Origin: a virus
Taxonomy: Duplodnaviria; Caudoviricetes
IMG/VR virus record: IMGVR_UViG_3300042486_000183
Location: 1 to 40,323 of that record
Length of the DNA: 40,323 nucleotides
Reading direction: 5' to 3' (one strand)
Below are positions 1 through 10,955 of this stretch, one piece after another (the first letter of the stretch is position 1; each line of letters begins with the position of its first letter). The notes beneath the pieces were generated by a model. The model was not told the origin of the DNA. It was given only the letters and a program-made list of their open reading frames with translations, and made no database searches. The position numbers and the translations under genes are program-made.

Positions 1-1
1 A

Positions 2-1276
2 GCAATACTTGCTAATGGCAAATTAGATTATGGCAAACTAGGTGAAATTAGACAAGCTGTATCTGACATTAAAGACCTTAAGGCAGGTTATGACTTAGGG
101 GCTAAGGAGTATGAAAGAATGCTTCAAATAGGATTAGCAAACAAAGAAAACTTAACGAGCTTTGAAGGTTTTTATAAGGATTTGTCAGCTAAAATGTCTG
201 ATGAGAACTTGATTAAGAATCCTCGTGATTTGCAAACTGCATTAGCAGATACTTATACCAAAAGTTTGGATGCTACTAAGATGTATATTAAATCTTTTGT
301 AGGAGCAAATCCTTATCAGCCATTATTTAAGGAAGTTAAAGATGCTAAAGGTAATTTAATTCGGGTTCAAGGAGAATTACCAGTTGGATGGGATGCAGAT
401 GCAAGCGGTAAGCTTATTCCTCCAGCTCCAGTTACTATTCAAAATGCCGACGGAACAACTTCTACTGTTGATTATGCCGATAGAACTGTTGCTCAAATTA
501 AGGCAACTAATCCAGATGTACTTGCAGCAATGCGTCGTCAAGCAGGATTTGCAGGTCAAAATTTAACTGACAAGGAATTAGTGGAATTTTATACTACTAA
601 AGTTCCAATGTCAGCTAAGCCACAGCAAATAGCTTCTGCTGACGAGTTAAAGGGTAAAGCTGCTCAGGCTGAAAAACTTACATTTGAGGCTAAAATTGCT
701 CCAGAAGAATGGGCAATGAAGAAGAAACTTATAGCAGCACAAATTGCAAATTATCAAGAGCAAAGTGGTGGCGGTTCAGGAGCGGCAAATTGGCAACCTA
801 AAAGCTTAGGAGATTTGGGAATTACAGTTAATCCAAATGGAAAAATTGCTTCATTTGGAGGAGATGGAATAAAGATTGATGTACCAACAGGAACTAGAAG
901 GCAACCAGGGGCAACGGTTCCATTTAAAGCTGTTAGAACAAGAACACTTGCGAATGGGAAACGTCAAGTTGGCGGATATTATTTAGATGCTGAAAATAAG
1001 ACTAGAAATCCTCAGTTAATCTATGTAGACTATGATGAAGGAAGTAATCAAATACAAAGCGGATTGACTTCTGCAATTAATAAAATGCCAAAAGAAGATA
1101 GGCTATTTTATCAGACACAATTGCTTAACTTTGATAAGGCAGAAATACCTCAAAAGCAGACTAGTTCTACTCCTTCAATGTCTAATAGTGATATATTAAG
1201 TTACAAACCAAGTAATTGGAAGGCAACTGATGCTGAGTTTATTTCGGCATTTAAAACTAAAAATAACATAAAATAA
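2..1276 (+). CDS. Probable internal virion/ejection protein, 5'-truncated by the window edge
   Basis: The frame of track ORF 119..1276 is open back to position 2. Its stop overlaps the start of the giant gene (TAATG). Function is inferred from position only. Confidence 0.55.
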   Translation, partial: AILANGKLDYGKLGEIRQAVSDIKDLKAGYDLGAKEYERMLQIGLANKENLTSFEGFYKDLSAKMSDENLIKNPRDLQTALADTYTKSLDATKMYIKSFVGANPYQPLFKEVKDAKGNLIRVQGELPVGWDADASGKLIPPAPVTIQNADGTTSTVDYADRTVAQIKATNPDVLAAMRRQAGFAGQNLTDKELVEFYTTKVPMSAKPQQIASADELKGKAAQAEKLTFEAKIAPEEWAMKKKLIAAQIANYQEQSGGGSGAANWQPKSLGDLGITVNPNGKIASFGGDGIKIDVPTGTRRQPGATVPFKAVRTRTLANGKRQVGGYYLDAENKTRNPQLIYVDYDEGSNQIQSGLTSAINKMPKEDRLFYQTQLLNFDKAEIPQKQTSSTPSMSNSDILSYKPSNWKATDAEFISAFKTKNNIK

Positions 1277-4200
1277 TGGGCAAACGTCAATTTGTTATTC
1301 CTACAGAAAAAGATATACAATTATTATCTAGCAGCAAATTTGCTATTCCTACTGAAAAAGACTTAGAACTTTTCTCTCAAAAAAAAAATCCAAACCAACC
1401 CGATATGGGGTTATCTGGGGTAAAAGCTTCTGCGGATACGAATCAGGAAGAGGATGGGTTTTTCTCAAACTTTGCTAAGGATTTAAAAAATATTGACTTA
1501 GCTAAAGACTTTAAGAATACTGTAATTAATGATTTTAATGCTGTTAAAGACTTTGTAACTTCAACGGGCAAAGGGGCATATGCTCGTATGGCAAAATCTG
1601 GCACAGAAATGGGTCGTGAATTTGCTGTTAATATACTTCCTGATATGTTCTTTTCTAAAGAGAAAATGACATTTGACCAGAAGATGGATGCCTATAATAA
1701 AAACATAGCCTTACCAGTTGAAAAGGTTATGCCAAAATTTAGACAAGGGGCTAGTGCAGATATATACAGCGAGAAAGATGGATTAAGAATACCAGATGCA
1801 GACGCCCTAGGTCAAGTAGTTGGTGAGCAACTAATGCAATTAGGTTTAAATTCTAATACAGGTGGACTTATCCTTAATCATTTAGCTAATACAGAATCTA
1901 ACTATCAAGAAGCTAGAGCTAAAGGATTATCTAATACTGAGGCATACACTATGGCTCATACCATTGGTCTTACAGAGACTTTAATGGACAAATATCTTGG
2001 TGTTGACAAACTAGTAGGTAAGGCTATGCAAAAAGCTGGTTCTACGCAGATTGGTAAAGACGCCGTACTTCAATTAGCAAAAGACGCATTAGGTCAGGAA
2101 TCTTTTGCCGCTGGAATTAAGACAACAGAAGGCGCATTTAAGCGTTTACTTAAGCAGGCAATCTTGCCTGAGGCAGGAGATGAATTCTTACAGACATACG
2201 CTTCTGAGGCAGAAAAATTATTATTTGATACTTATAAAAAGGCTAAATATTCTGACGACGACAACTCTAAGTTAAATATTTATGATGCTGATTTATTGTC
2301 TAAGAAGACTTTTATAAATGCCTTAAATTCAGGATTTGTAGGAGGATTAATAGGTAGTATGGGTGGAGCAATTGTAGGCACAGATAGCTACAATCCTACT
2401 GTATACGCAACACTATTAAACTCTTATGATTCTAATGGTAAGAATGGGCTAGCTGAGGCACAGGTTGAGGTATTAAATGGTATTAATAAGGCAGTATCAA
2501 AAGGAACATTATCTCAAGAGGATGCTGCTAAAGCTCAGAGAAGCTTAGAGTTGATTGGACAAAACATTGCATCATTTGACCAAAAGTCAGACCTTGACGA
2601 ATACTCTAGATATCAAGTATACAACTTCAAGAACAATGTAATCCCTGGGGCAGTAAATAGTATGGCAGTTGATTTTGCTAAGTCAGTTGCATCTAAAGAA
2701 TCTCCTAGCCAAGATGCTATAAATAATGATTTAGAAAATGGGAATACAACAGAGTTTTCTGTAAGAGGCTCGATAGCAAATGCTCCATCTGAGTTCAGAC
2801 AATTTATCGGCAAAGAGGCTGTTGAAGATAATGGAGAAATGGTATTTAAAGGTCAAATACCAAATTCTTTAATTCAAGCAGAAGAAAACAATAACGCTCA
2901 AATTCAAGCCATAGCACAAGAAGCTGCAGGGGCGTTGGCGTCATTAACAGACAACGAGAGAATTGTTAGCGTAGACGATATTAAGAGACTTGGTCAACAA
3001 GGTTCTCCTATATTTAAAGATTCAAGAAATCAACTTGCGTTTGAATATGCATTCCAGCAAAACGAGAAGGCATTCCAAAAACAAGCAAGAGGCATTAACT
3101 TGTTAAAATCTATTGTAAAAGAAATAGAGACAACACAAACGCCTTTAGAGCCTAATGCAATTCAGCAAAGAATAGAGAACTTATATAAGTTTAATACTGG
3201 GGATACAATCTTTGTAGATAATAAGTCAGCTAAGATTTTAGATATTAGTAATGACGGACAAAAGCTTAAGGTATCTGGATTTAATGAACAATTAAATGCA
3301 AGTGACCCTAGAATTGCTTTAGCCGATGAGCCTATGCCAGAAGTTATGGTTGAAGGTCAAGTTGAGCAAGCGCCAATTGAAGAAGCGCCAATTGTAGCAC
3401 AAGAAGAAGTTAAGCCATTAGCTGAGGAAGAGCAAATCACAGGCAGAACTATGCGTGATGCTGTATATGAATTAATTCCATTTACTTACAGAGGAGAGAC
3501 AGGGGAGATATATAAACAACGCAATGGAGTTGTAGTATTTGAAAGCCCTAATCGAGTTTACGAATTTGGAAACATTAATGATATTGGTGACAAGTCTATT
3601 GACGAATTTGATATTATTCCTCAGGAGATGGAGATTGGAAATGATTTCTCTGTAACTATTGATGGAAAGAAATTTACTAATAAGAGCCAGAATCCTTTCA
3701 AAGCAATCACATACGATGCTGAAGGAAACGCTGTATCTATTAAATTAGATAATGATAAGGGACAGACTCGTGTAATTAAAGGTTCGCGAGCTATGTTAAT
3801 TGACGCTAATTATAAAATAAAACAACTTTTCAATGATGCAACAAGAGACCAACTTGCAGCCGCAGCAGATGATGCCGCAAGACAAGCAGCAGCAACTCCA
3901 GAAACTACAGGAGAGCCTAAACAAACTACCCCTACAACAGAGAATAAACCTGTTGAACAAGCACCTTCAATTGCTCAACAAGAAAGAGCCGCAAGAATTA
4001 GAGAAATAGCTAAAAAATTAGCTGAGCAAGAGAATCCGCAAACCACTAAGAATAAACAGAGTATTGCTAGTTTAGCTAACTCATTGTTTAGTTCAGGCAT
4101 TAAGGTAGAGGTATTAAGCAACGAAGGCATAAAGGCTAAATACGGAAAGACTGTATCTCAGGGTATGTTCTTGAGCCAAGAAGGTACTGTTGTAATTAAC

Positions 4201-7200
4201 GAGGATATGCTGCCTAGTGAATGGGGAAAGACAGTTATCTTCCACGAAGGTACTCACCCTATTATTAACATTATTCGTAATACTGAGCCTAAGTTATATA
4301 AGCAGTTAGTAGCTGCGGCACAGCAAGAAGCTAAGGACAATCCAGAGGTAAACGCAATCTTACAACAGATTAAGAATAGCAAAGCGTATGGCGATGAATT
4401 TACTCGTAATGATGAATTAGTTGTCGAGATGATTGCGCGTGTAGCTAGTGGAAGACTAAACCTTAATAACGTTAAGCCTAGTCTTAAGCAGGCGTTTATT
4501 GACTTTGTTAATAAGATAGCTAAGATGATGGGATTAAATCCTGTGCTTAGTGATTCTGACCAAGTTGCTTTCTCTAGATTAGCTAACCAAATATCAAGCA
4601 CTTTAAATACAGGTCGCGATATTGCAGAAATTGTTGGAGCTGAGAATGTAACCAAATTTGCTATTGCATCAGATGTTAATACAGAGAGCGAAAATAGCGC
4701 AATTTATGGTGGTGGAATTCAACAATCAGAGATTGAAAGGGCTAAGGTTTCAAATAAGCCAGTAATTAACGTATACAAAACAGAAGGTGTTTCTGAATTG
4801 CCTGTAAGGTCTTTAAAGGAGATATATGATACTTATGGAGGCAAGGTCGTATTTATTAATTCTGACCCAACTAAAGTAGGGAATCTTAAACTTATTTCTG
4901 GTAAAGAAATATTCCTTTACGGAGGTCCTGAGTATATGTCTTTAACAAAAAATGTTGAAGGGAATGTTGGATTTGCTACAACACTAGAATCTAAAGTAAG
5001 GACTCACGATAAATTAAGAAATAAAGTATTTGGCGACAATAAAGGAGTTACAATTGTAGCAACGCAATCTCCTGACTCTATTATGTCTAACTCTTATTCA
5101 TTAAGATACATTCTTGATGCAATAACTCAGTTACCTAAAAAGATAACTTCAGACCCTGTATTTAAAAAAGAATTTTTTGGTGAAGATATTAAAGCTTTAC
5201 AGCTTGCATTTGGCACTGAAGCATATGATGCTTTCCTTAAGAAATTCAAGAATACAGATTTTAGTTCAGCAGAATCTATAGGCTTAATGATAGATGAATT
5301 AGGATATAAATTATCAAGTGCTTCTACGCCAGCAAGTTTTAAGGCAAGAAAAGCTTTAACTAATAATCTTGTAGCAGGATTTGTTACTAAAAGCTCTAGG
5401 GTAGACACGAAAAATGAGAAGGGTTTTGTTTCTGTCTCATCTAAAAAATTCATAGCAAAATCTTTATTTGATGAATTTGGCGTAAATGCTGAAAGTATCA
5501 TTAAAAAAATAGGGAATAAAGATATTGTTGATAAATTCTTTGATGAAGGGATTTGGGGATTAGCAGTTAGTGGATTTGAGACATCTCCAGAATCAAACTA
5601 TGGTTCTATTCAAGATAAAGGCGTCGAACATCCATTATTTAACGCTAAATTCTACGGAGAAAATCCGTTTAAATTAGATGCAGCTTATAAAGTTGATGAC
5701 TTGATTTTGCCTATTGAAAGCAAAGAAAGTAAGCTTGGAAAACTTTATGTAGATAAATTTGGAAATCCAGACCCATATACAAAGAAAACATCATTACAGT
5801 TAGCAGCTTCAATTTATGTTGGTGGAGACATTGAAGCTCAACTTTCTGATATTGAGAGAGAAACTCTTATCGCTCCTAATGGTAAGCCATCTAACTTAAA
5901 CGCAAATCAGTATAGCCAAGTAAGAACTCCTGAGTTTAAGGCTTGGTTTGGTGATTGGGAGAATGACCCAGAAAACGCATCTAAGATTGTAGATGAGAAT
6001 GGCGAGCCAATGGTTATGTATCACGGTACGTCTAAAGACAAAGACTTTGATACATTTAAGATAAGCGATAGGGGTGCCTGGTTTAGTAGCTCGCCTGAAG
6101 AAGCTTCTAGCTATGCCTCAAGTAATGATAGTCAGAAAATGAAGTATGACTTTGATTCAGGAAATTATATCAAAATAAATACTTCGTCTCGTGTACTTCC
6201 TGTATTTTTAAATATAAAAAATCTTGCTAGACAGGAAGATATTGATAAAAATATATTAGATGAATACAGAAAAACAGGCAACAAGAGCTATAGAAATGCA
6301 CAGAAATATTTATTTAATCAAATTCGATACAATGACAGAACTGTAGAAGGATTTGCTTTTGATAAAAAAGAGGCAGGAGCGGCTTATAATTATGCGCAAG
6401 TAATTGTTCTATTTGATGGAAAAACTTTAAAAGACGGAGATTATTACAGATTTGTTAGTAATCAGCCTAATATAAAATCTGCAATTGGAAGTAAATTTTC
6501 TCCGACGAATCCTAAGATTCAGATGTCTGAGATAGACCGTACTTATTCACCAGAAACTACTGTTGCTGATGCGGGTATGACAATGGCTGAGAGAGAGGCT
6601 TGGAGAAACAAAAACAAAGTAAGTCAAAAGCAGAAGAGAGTTCCTGTAGTTATGCAGGCGTCAAGAGACCTATACAATGGGAACATTACTTTTGATGATT
6701 ATGTAAAGACTGTTCGGGATAATATGGCTATTATGCCGTTTACAGATGTACCTAAGATACCTTCTCTAAAAGAAATTATTTCTGCTTTAAATGAAGATAA
6801 ATTAAGTAGTGGAGGAGTAGTTGGCGTCAACCGTTCATTTAAAGACGGGGAAAGAGTTGCTAGTAGATTAGATATTCCAGCATACGAAAATTATGATACT
6901 TGGGTTGTATCTATTCACGATTCAGCAAAAGAGAGAATTCTTGGGTATGGACAGACAGCTGTATTAAAAAATGTTCAGTTCAAAACGAGTCCTAAGATTG
7001 GTCTTTCTATAGCGGCAAATGCCACCTTCTTAAACGATATGGATAAGGAGGGTAAAGGTAAAGCTACAATTGCTCGTATCCACGGAGATTGGGTAAATGA
7101 ATCCCCTGAATCAGCACACAAAAGAGCAACTGAATTAATGAATGACCCTCAATGGGTACAGGTTGGGATGAATCCATTCCGCCATAGTTTCTTTTATGAT

Positions 7201-10200
7201 AAATCAACTGGGGAAGCTGTGACGTCTGCCGAGGAGGTTATTCAGATTGGGGCATTAGTGTTAGCTAAAAATCCTGTTAGAGCACCATTTGGAAGTCAAG
7301 CATTTATTGACAACTTCTCTATGAAAAACAAACTAGGAGAAACTATCCAGTTCTCTGATATGAACCGAGACGACAAGCGCATTCAGTTTGTTAGAGATAA
7401 CATCAATAACTACTCTAAGTCAGAATTGACTGAAGGTTTGATGCAAGCGTTCAATATGAGTAAGGATGCAGCTGAGCGTATTGTTGCTCAAGCTACAGCT
7501 GACCCATTAGCACCATCTATTCCTCAAGATAATCCTGATACATCTATCCCTAAGGGAGCTAAACTTAATCAGAAGAGCGAAACTACAGAAGAATATAATA
7601 GTGGTTATGATAAAGCCAAGAAAGCTCTTCTTGAGAAAACTGGTATTTCTTGGGATAAGTTGAAGAAATACATTGCAGAAGAGTATGATAGCAAATTCTT
7701 TGGAAGAAGAAATTTAGGTCAAGCTAGTTCTCAAGAAAGTTTAGCGCAGGCTAGATTAAGAAACCTTAATGGTATAGCTTACTCTGCAAGTCAAGACTTA
7801 GCAGTAATCTACAATGATATCTTTGGTAACGGTCTAGAGGCTGAAGGCGAGCGTACATTAAATGCAATGATATTTAATCTTCGCATACTTCAAGTAGACG
7901 CTAATACTGAAGCTAAGTTTGCAGACGAAATAGAGAAGTTAACACTTGAGTTTGCTGATAAAAATAATAGATTACCTAGTTCAGCTGAGTCTGTATCTAT
8001 TCAGAGACAAGCAAGACTTAATGTTCCTATCAAGAAGCACGGCAAGACTTTAGATGGCTCAGTTGATGCAACATCTGCAACAGCACAAGCTTATTTAGAC
8101 GCATTACGAATAGAGTTAGGTGAGTCTGAATATAATATGCTCAAAGCTCGTGCAGATATGTATCGCAAAGTTGGAAATGAGCAAGTAGCTAAATTACAAG
8201 CTGCTGGCATTATTTCTAAAGAAGTTGCTGACAATTTTAAGGATGACTTCTATTCATATAGAAAGACACTAGATAGACTATACGGTGAGCAAGATTTGTC
8301 AATAACTATGCTTAGCGGCGTTGCATCTATCAAAGGTTGGGCATCGTTATCTAAGGAAGGTACAGAAAACTATCTTGAGCAAGATGCACGTCTTCTATTA
8401 GCTGAAAGTTATGTGGGAACGGCTAGAGCGATTGCTAAGAATAAACTTAGAGAATCTATATACGAGGAGAATATTAAGATTGACGAAGACGGAAATGAGT
8501 CATCTGTAATTGATAAAAATGGCAATAAAATAACGTTCATTAAACCTGCAACATACATTCGTGATAAGGATGGAAACATCCGCTCTAATAATAAGCAATT
8601 ATCTGTTAGAGATGCAGATGAAGGATATGTTAATGTTCCATTCAAGAAAAATGGTGTCATTAATTTCTTTCAGATGGAGCGCGAAATGTTTGACCAAATA
8701 GAAGGCAATAATATCGTTTGGAATGATGCGAAAAATTCAAATGCCTTAGGCAATGCTTACTATTATGTGACAGATAAAACTAATAGATTGCTTACAGGTA
8801 TGGCAACTAGAAAGAACCCAATGTTCTGGATAGGTAACGTACCAATGGACTTGCAGCAACAAATATTCTTTACAGATATCTGGACTCAGGGCAATGTATT
8901 ACAATCAAACGTTTACTCAGCGGGAGCAAGAGCATTCGCAAGAACAATTAAATTCTCTAATTTCTTTGGTAGAAATAAAGATTTTGTAGACAATACCCTA
9001 GAAGAATTTATTTCAGCGGGTGGAGCTATGGACAGAATGTCTACAATGAAAGAGCAGCGCGAAAGAACTATTAAGATAGCTCTTAATGAGGGAGAAAAAA
9101 ATCCTAAGTTTGAGATGATTAAGAAGAAAGCTAATGCATTTTTCTTTGGACTTAATGAAAGAACTGAACTTGCAATGAGACTAGCAGCTTACGACCAAGC
9201 TAAGAATAATCTTATTAAGAAGTTTAAGGAAGACAATGGCTCTAATCCATCAGAAACTGATATGCTTAAGATTCAAGAAATCGCAGCATCTCAAGCTAGA
9301 GGATATACGGATTTTGCACAGCGAGGGAAGAACTTACCTAACTTGAACATTGCTTACTTAAACTCAAGTATTCAAGCTGCTGGTAGTGCATTAGAGTACT
9401 CAGTGGATAATCCTGGAAAAATTGCTTCAAAGCTATCTCAACTTGCTATTGGTAAATTTGCAGGGACTATTGCTTTGATGGCTATAATGGGAGAGGCTTA
9501 TGACGACTTAGATGAGTACACTAAGGATTTATATTCATTTTTATACTCTCACGACTTAGCAATAAAAGATGGCAATGGGAAACCTATTCAGGTTGTAGCT
9601 ACTGTAAAAAATAACCCTTCTTTAGTTCCATTTATGGGGGTTACAAGAACATTTGCTGAGATGACAATGAGATACTTACAAGGCAAAGAACAAAAAGAAA
9701 TAACAGCTCAGGGTTCTGCAGATAGATTCTTTGAATTGATTAATATCTCTTCGCCTATACCAATTCCTAATGTTACATCATTAGACGGTATAACTAGTTC
9801 TGCAGCAAAAATTGTAACAAAGCACACATTATTTAATGCAGCAATAAAAGCATATGGCTATGATGCATTTAGGGGAAAGGATGTTATTAGCGTAGCTGAT
9901 GAGAGCTTATCTCCTTATATGAGAGGAATGAATGACAAGAATGTAGCTTATTTCTACAAGGCTATTGCTAAATCTATGGCTGATAATTCATCAAATAATC
10001 AAATATCGCCAGCTAAGATGCAAGCGGTTGCTGAAACATTTATTACATCACCTGCTACGAATGGATTCGTTGCGATTGCTTATGGTGTATTATCTAGTGC
10101 AGCAAATACAATTGTCCCAGCTGAAAGCCAATCACAAAGAGGAGATTATGCAATAGGAGATGCAAGTAAAATAATTAAATCAGTCACTAAGAGATTTGCT

Positions 10201-10662
10201 TCATACACTGATTCAGAAAAGACAGAGTTTAGGAAGAATGAGGAGCTATACAAGAAAAGTAAAGAGGAGGCTATGAAGTACAATGACATTGAGAGAAATA
10301 TCGATGTCAAGCTAAAGGAACTTTATAAGACTGACCCTAATAATTTCTTTAATAATGTAGATGCGTTTGCTAAAGAAAAAGGGTTCTTTGATAATGATAT
10401 CTTAATGGAAAGAATTGACCGCAAAGCTGACTTAATAGATAAGAATGAATATAATCGCTCATTTATTAAAGAGAATATTGCTAATGAGGTTAGAATCCTT
10501 CATTTTACTCCAGGAGCTGAAGGTAAAGCTAAGTTGTTGAAGTATATGTTTGAAAAGGATGCAACTAAGGCAAGAGAAGTTATTGATGGAATGATTGACT
10601 ATGGAACGTCTAAAAAAGAAGCATACGACGCAGAAGATTTGTACTTAAAAACAATTAAATAA
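1276..10662 (+). CDS. Giant polyvalent (probably virion-ejected) protein, 3128 aa: zincin-type metallopeptidase, ADP-ribosyltransferase-like module, LPD38-like C-terminus
   Basis: VIFHEGTH...ELVVE (HExxH, nt ~4243). VRTPEFKAWFGDWE...VDENGEPMVMYHGT...GAWFSSSPEEASSYA...VLPVFLNIKN is typical of polyvalent-protein ART domains. The C-terminal part has E..MRLAAY...ARGYTDFAQRG...AYLNSSIQ, as in the region leading into LPD38 domains. Confidence 0.75.
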   Translation: MGKRQFVIPTEKDIQLLSSSKFAIPTEKDLELFSQKKNPNQPDMGLSGVKASADTNQEEDGFFSNFAKDLKNIDLAKDFKNTVINDFNAVKDFVTSTGKGAYARMAKSGTEMGREFAVNILPDMFFSKEKMTFDQKMDAYNKNIALPVEKVMPKFRQGASADIYSEKDGLRIPDADALGQVVGEQLMQLGLNSNTGGLILNHLANTESNYQEARAKGLSNTEAYTMAHTIGLTETLMDKYLGVDKLVGKAMQKAGSTQIGKDAVLQLAKDALGQESFAAGIKTTEGAFKRLLKQAILPEAGDEFLQTYASEAEKLLFDTYKKAKYSDDDNSKLNIYDADLLSKKTFINALNSGFVGGLIGSMGGAIVGTDSYNPTVYATLLNSYDSNGKNGLAEAQVEVLNGINKAVSKGTLSQEDAAKAQRSLELIGQNIASFDQKSDLDEYSRYQVYNFKNNVIPGAVNSMAVDFAKSVASKESPSQDAINNDLENGNTTEFSVRGSIANAPSEFRQFIGKEAVEDNGEMVFKGQIPNSLIQAEENNNAQIQAIAQEAAGALASLTDNERIVSVDDIKRLGQQGSPIFKDSRNQLAFEYAFQQNEKAFQKQARGINLLKSIVKEIETTQTPLEPNAIQQRIENLYKFNTGDTIFVDNKSAKILDISNDGQKLKVSGFNEQLNASDPRIALADEPMPEVMVEGQVEQAPIEEAPIVAQEEVKPLAEEEQITGRTMRDAVYELIPFTYRGETGEIYKQRNGVVVFESPNRVYEFGNINDIGDKSIDEFDIIPQEMEIGNDFSVTIDGKKFTNKSQNPFKAITYDAEGNAVSIKLDNDKGQTRVIKGSRAMLIDANYKIKQLFNDATRDQLAAAADDAARQAAATPETTGEPKQTTPTTENKPVEQAPSIAQQERAARIREIAKKLAEQENPQTTKNKQSIASLANSLFSSGIKVEVLSNEGIKAKYGKTVSQGMFLSQEGTVVINEDMLPSEWGKTVIFHEGTHPIINIIRNTEPKLYKQLVAAAQQEAKDNPEVNAILQQIKNSKAYGDEFTRNDELVVEMIARVASGRLNLNNVKPSLKQAFIDFVNKIAKMMGLNPVLSDSDQVAFSRLANQISSTLNTGRDIAEIVGAENVTKFAIASDVNTESENSAIYGGGIQQSEIERAKVSNKPVINVYKTEGVSELPVRSLKEIYDTYGGKVVFINSDPTKVGNLKLISGKEIFLYGGPEYMSLTKNVEGNVGFATTLESKVRTHDKLRNKVFGDNKGVTIVATQSPDSIMSNSYSLRYILDAITQLPKKITSDPVFKKEFFGEDIKALQLAFGTEAYDAFLKKFKNTDFSSAESIGLMIDELGYKLSSASTPASFKARKALTNNLVAGFVTKSSRVDTKNEKGFVSVSSKKFIAKSLFDEFGVNAESIIKKIGNKDIVDKFFDEGIWGLAVSGFETSPESNYGSIQDKGVEHPLFNAKFYGENPFKLDAAYKVDDLILPIESKESKLGKLYVDKFGNPDPYTKKTSLQLAASIYVGGDIEAQLSDIERETLIAPNGKPSNLNANQYSQVRTPEFKAWFGDWENDPENASKIVDENGEPMVMYHGTSKDKDFDTFKISDRGAWFSSSPEEASSYASSNDSQKMKYDFDSGNYIKINTSSRVLPVFLNIKNLARQEDIDKNILDEYRKTGNKSYRNAQKYLFNQIRYNDRTVEGFAFDKKEAGAAYNYAQVIVLFDGKTLKDGDYYRFVSNQPNIKSAIGSKFSPTNPKIQMSEIDRTYSPETTVADAGMTMAEREAWRNKNKVSQKQKRVPVVMQASRDLYNGNITFDDYVKTVRDNMAIMPFTDVPKIPSLKEIISALNEDKLSSGGVVGVNRSFKDGERVASRLDIPAYENYDTWVVSIHDSAKERILGYGQTAVLKNVQFKTSPKIGLSIAANATFLNDMDKEGKGKATIARIHGDWVNESPESAHKRATELMNDPQWVQVGMNPFRHSFFYDKSTGEAVTSAEEVIQIGALVLAKNPVRAPFGSQAFIDNFSMKNKLGETIQFSDMNRDDKRIQFVRDNINNYSKSELTEGLMQAFNMSKDAAERIVAQATADPLAPSIPQDNPDTSIPKGAKLNQKSETTEEYNSGYDKAKKALLEKTGISWDKLKKYIAEEYDSKFFGRRNLGQASSQESLAQARLRNLNGIAYSASQDLAVIYNDIFGNGLEAEGERTLNAMIFNLRILQVDANTEAKFADEIEKLTLEFADKNNRLPSSAESVSIQRQARLNVPIKKHGKTLDGSVDATSATAQAYLDALRIELGESEYNMLKARADMYRKVGNEQVAKLQAAGIISKEVADNFKDDFYSYRKTLDRLYGEQDLSITMLSGVASIKGWASLSKEGTENYLEQDARLLLAESYVGTARAIAKNKLRESIYEENIKIDEDGNESSVIDKNGNKITFIKPATYIRDKDGNIRSNNKQLSVRDADEGYVNVPFKKNGVINFFQMEREMFDQIEGNNIVWNDAKNSNALGNAYYYVTDKTNRLLTGMATRKNPMFWIGNVPMDLQQQIFFTDIWTQGNVLQSNVYSAGARAFARTIKFSNFFGRNKDFVDNTLEEFISAGGAMDRMSTMKEQRERTIKIALNEGEKNPKFEMIKKKANAFFFGLNERTELAMRLAAYDQAKNNLIKKFKEDNGSNPSETDMLKIQEIAASQARGYTDFAQRGKNLPNLNIAYLNSSIQAAGSALEYSVDNPGKIASKLSQLAIGKFAGTIALMAIMGEAYDDLDEYTKDLYSFLYSHDLAIKDGNGKPIQVVATVKNNPSLVPFMGVTRTFAEMTMRYLQGKEQKEITAQGSADRFFELINISSPIPIPNVTSLDGITSSAAKIVTKHTLFNAAIKAYGYDAFRGKDVISVADESLSPYMRGMNDKNVAYFYKAIAKSMADNSSNNQISPAKMQAVAETFITSPATNGFVAIAYGVLSSAANTIVPAESQSQRGDYAIGDASKIIKSVTKRFASYTDSEKTEFRKNEELYKKSKEEAMKYNDIERNIDVKLKELYKTDPNNFFNNVDAFAKEKGFFDNDILMERIDRKADLIDKNEYNRSFIKENIANEVRILHFTPGAEGKAKLLKYMFEKDATKAREVIDGMIDYGTSKKEAYDAEDLYLKTIK

Positions 10663-10663
10663 G

Positions 10664-10807
10664 ATGATAAAGAAAATAAAAGGAGGCTACAAGTTAGTCT
10701 CCAAAACTACTGGACGCAACCTAGGAACTGCTAAGACTAAGGCAGGTATAGAAAAACGTGAAAAACAAGTGAATTATTTTAAGTATCTTGCATCGAAAAA
10801 GAAGTAA
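10664..10807 (+). CDS. Small basic protein, 47 aa (not in ORF track)
   Basis: Manual translation MIKKIKGGYKLVSKTTGRNLGTAKTKAGIEKREKQVNYFKYLASKKK; 1-nt gaps to both neighbours. Confidence 0.75.
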   Translation: MIKKIKGGYKLVSKTTGRNLGTAKTKAGIEKREKQVNYFKYLASKKK

Positions 10808-10808
10808 A

Positions 10809-10955
10809 ATGAAAAATGGGTTATACGCTAATATTCACGCTAAGCGGGAACGAATTGAAGCTGGTTCTGGAGAAAAAATGAGAAAGGTTGGAAGCAAAGG
10901 TGCTCCAACAGCTAAGCAATTCAAGCAAGCCGCTAAAACAGCTAAGAAGAAATGA
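10809..10955 (+). CDS. Small basic phage protein, 48 aa (not in ORF track)
   Basis: Manual translation MKNGLYANIHAKRERIEAGSGEKMRKVGSKGAPTAKQFKQAAKTAKKK; ATGA overlap with the next gene. Confidence 0.8.
   Translation: MKNGLYANIHAKRERIEAGSGEKMRKVGSKGAPTAKQFKQAAKTAKKK

Noticed and set aside
6031-6055. DKDFD as the DxDxD motif of a crAss-type virion RNA polymerase
   Set aside because: It lies directly after YHGT inside the ART-like module, and no other RNAP motifs were seen.
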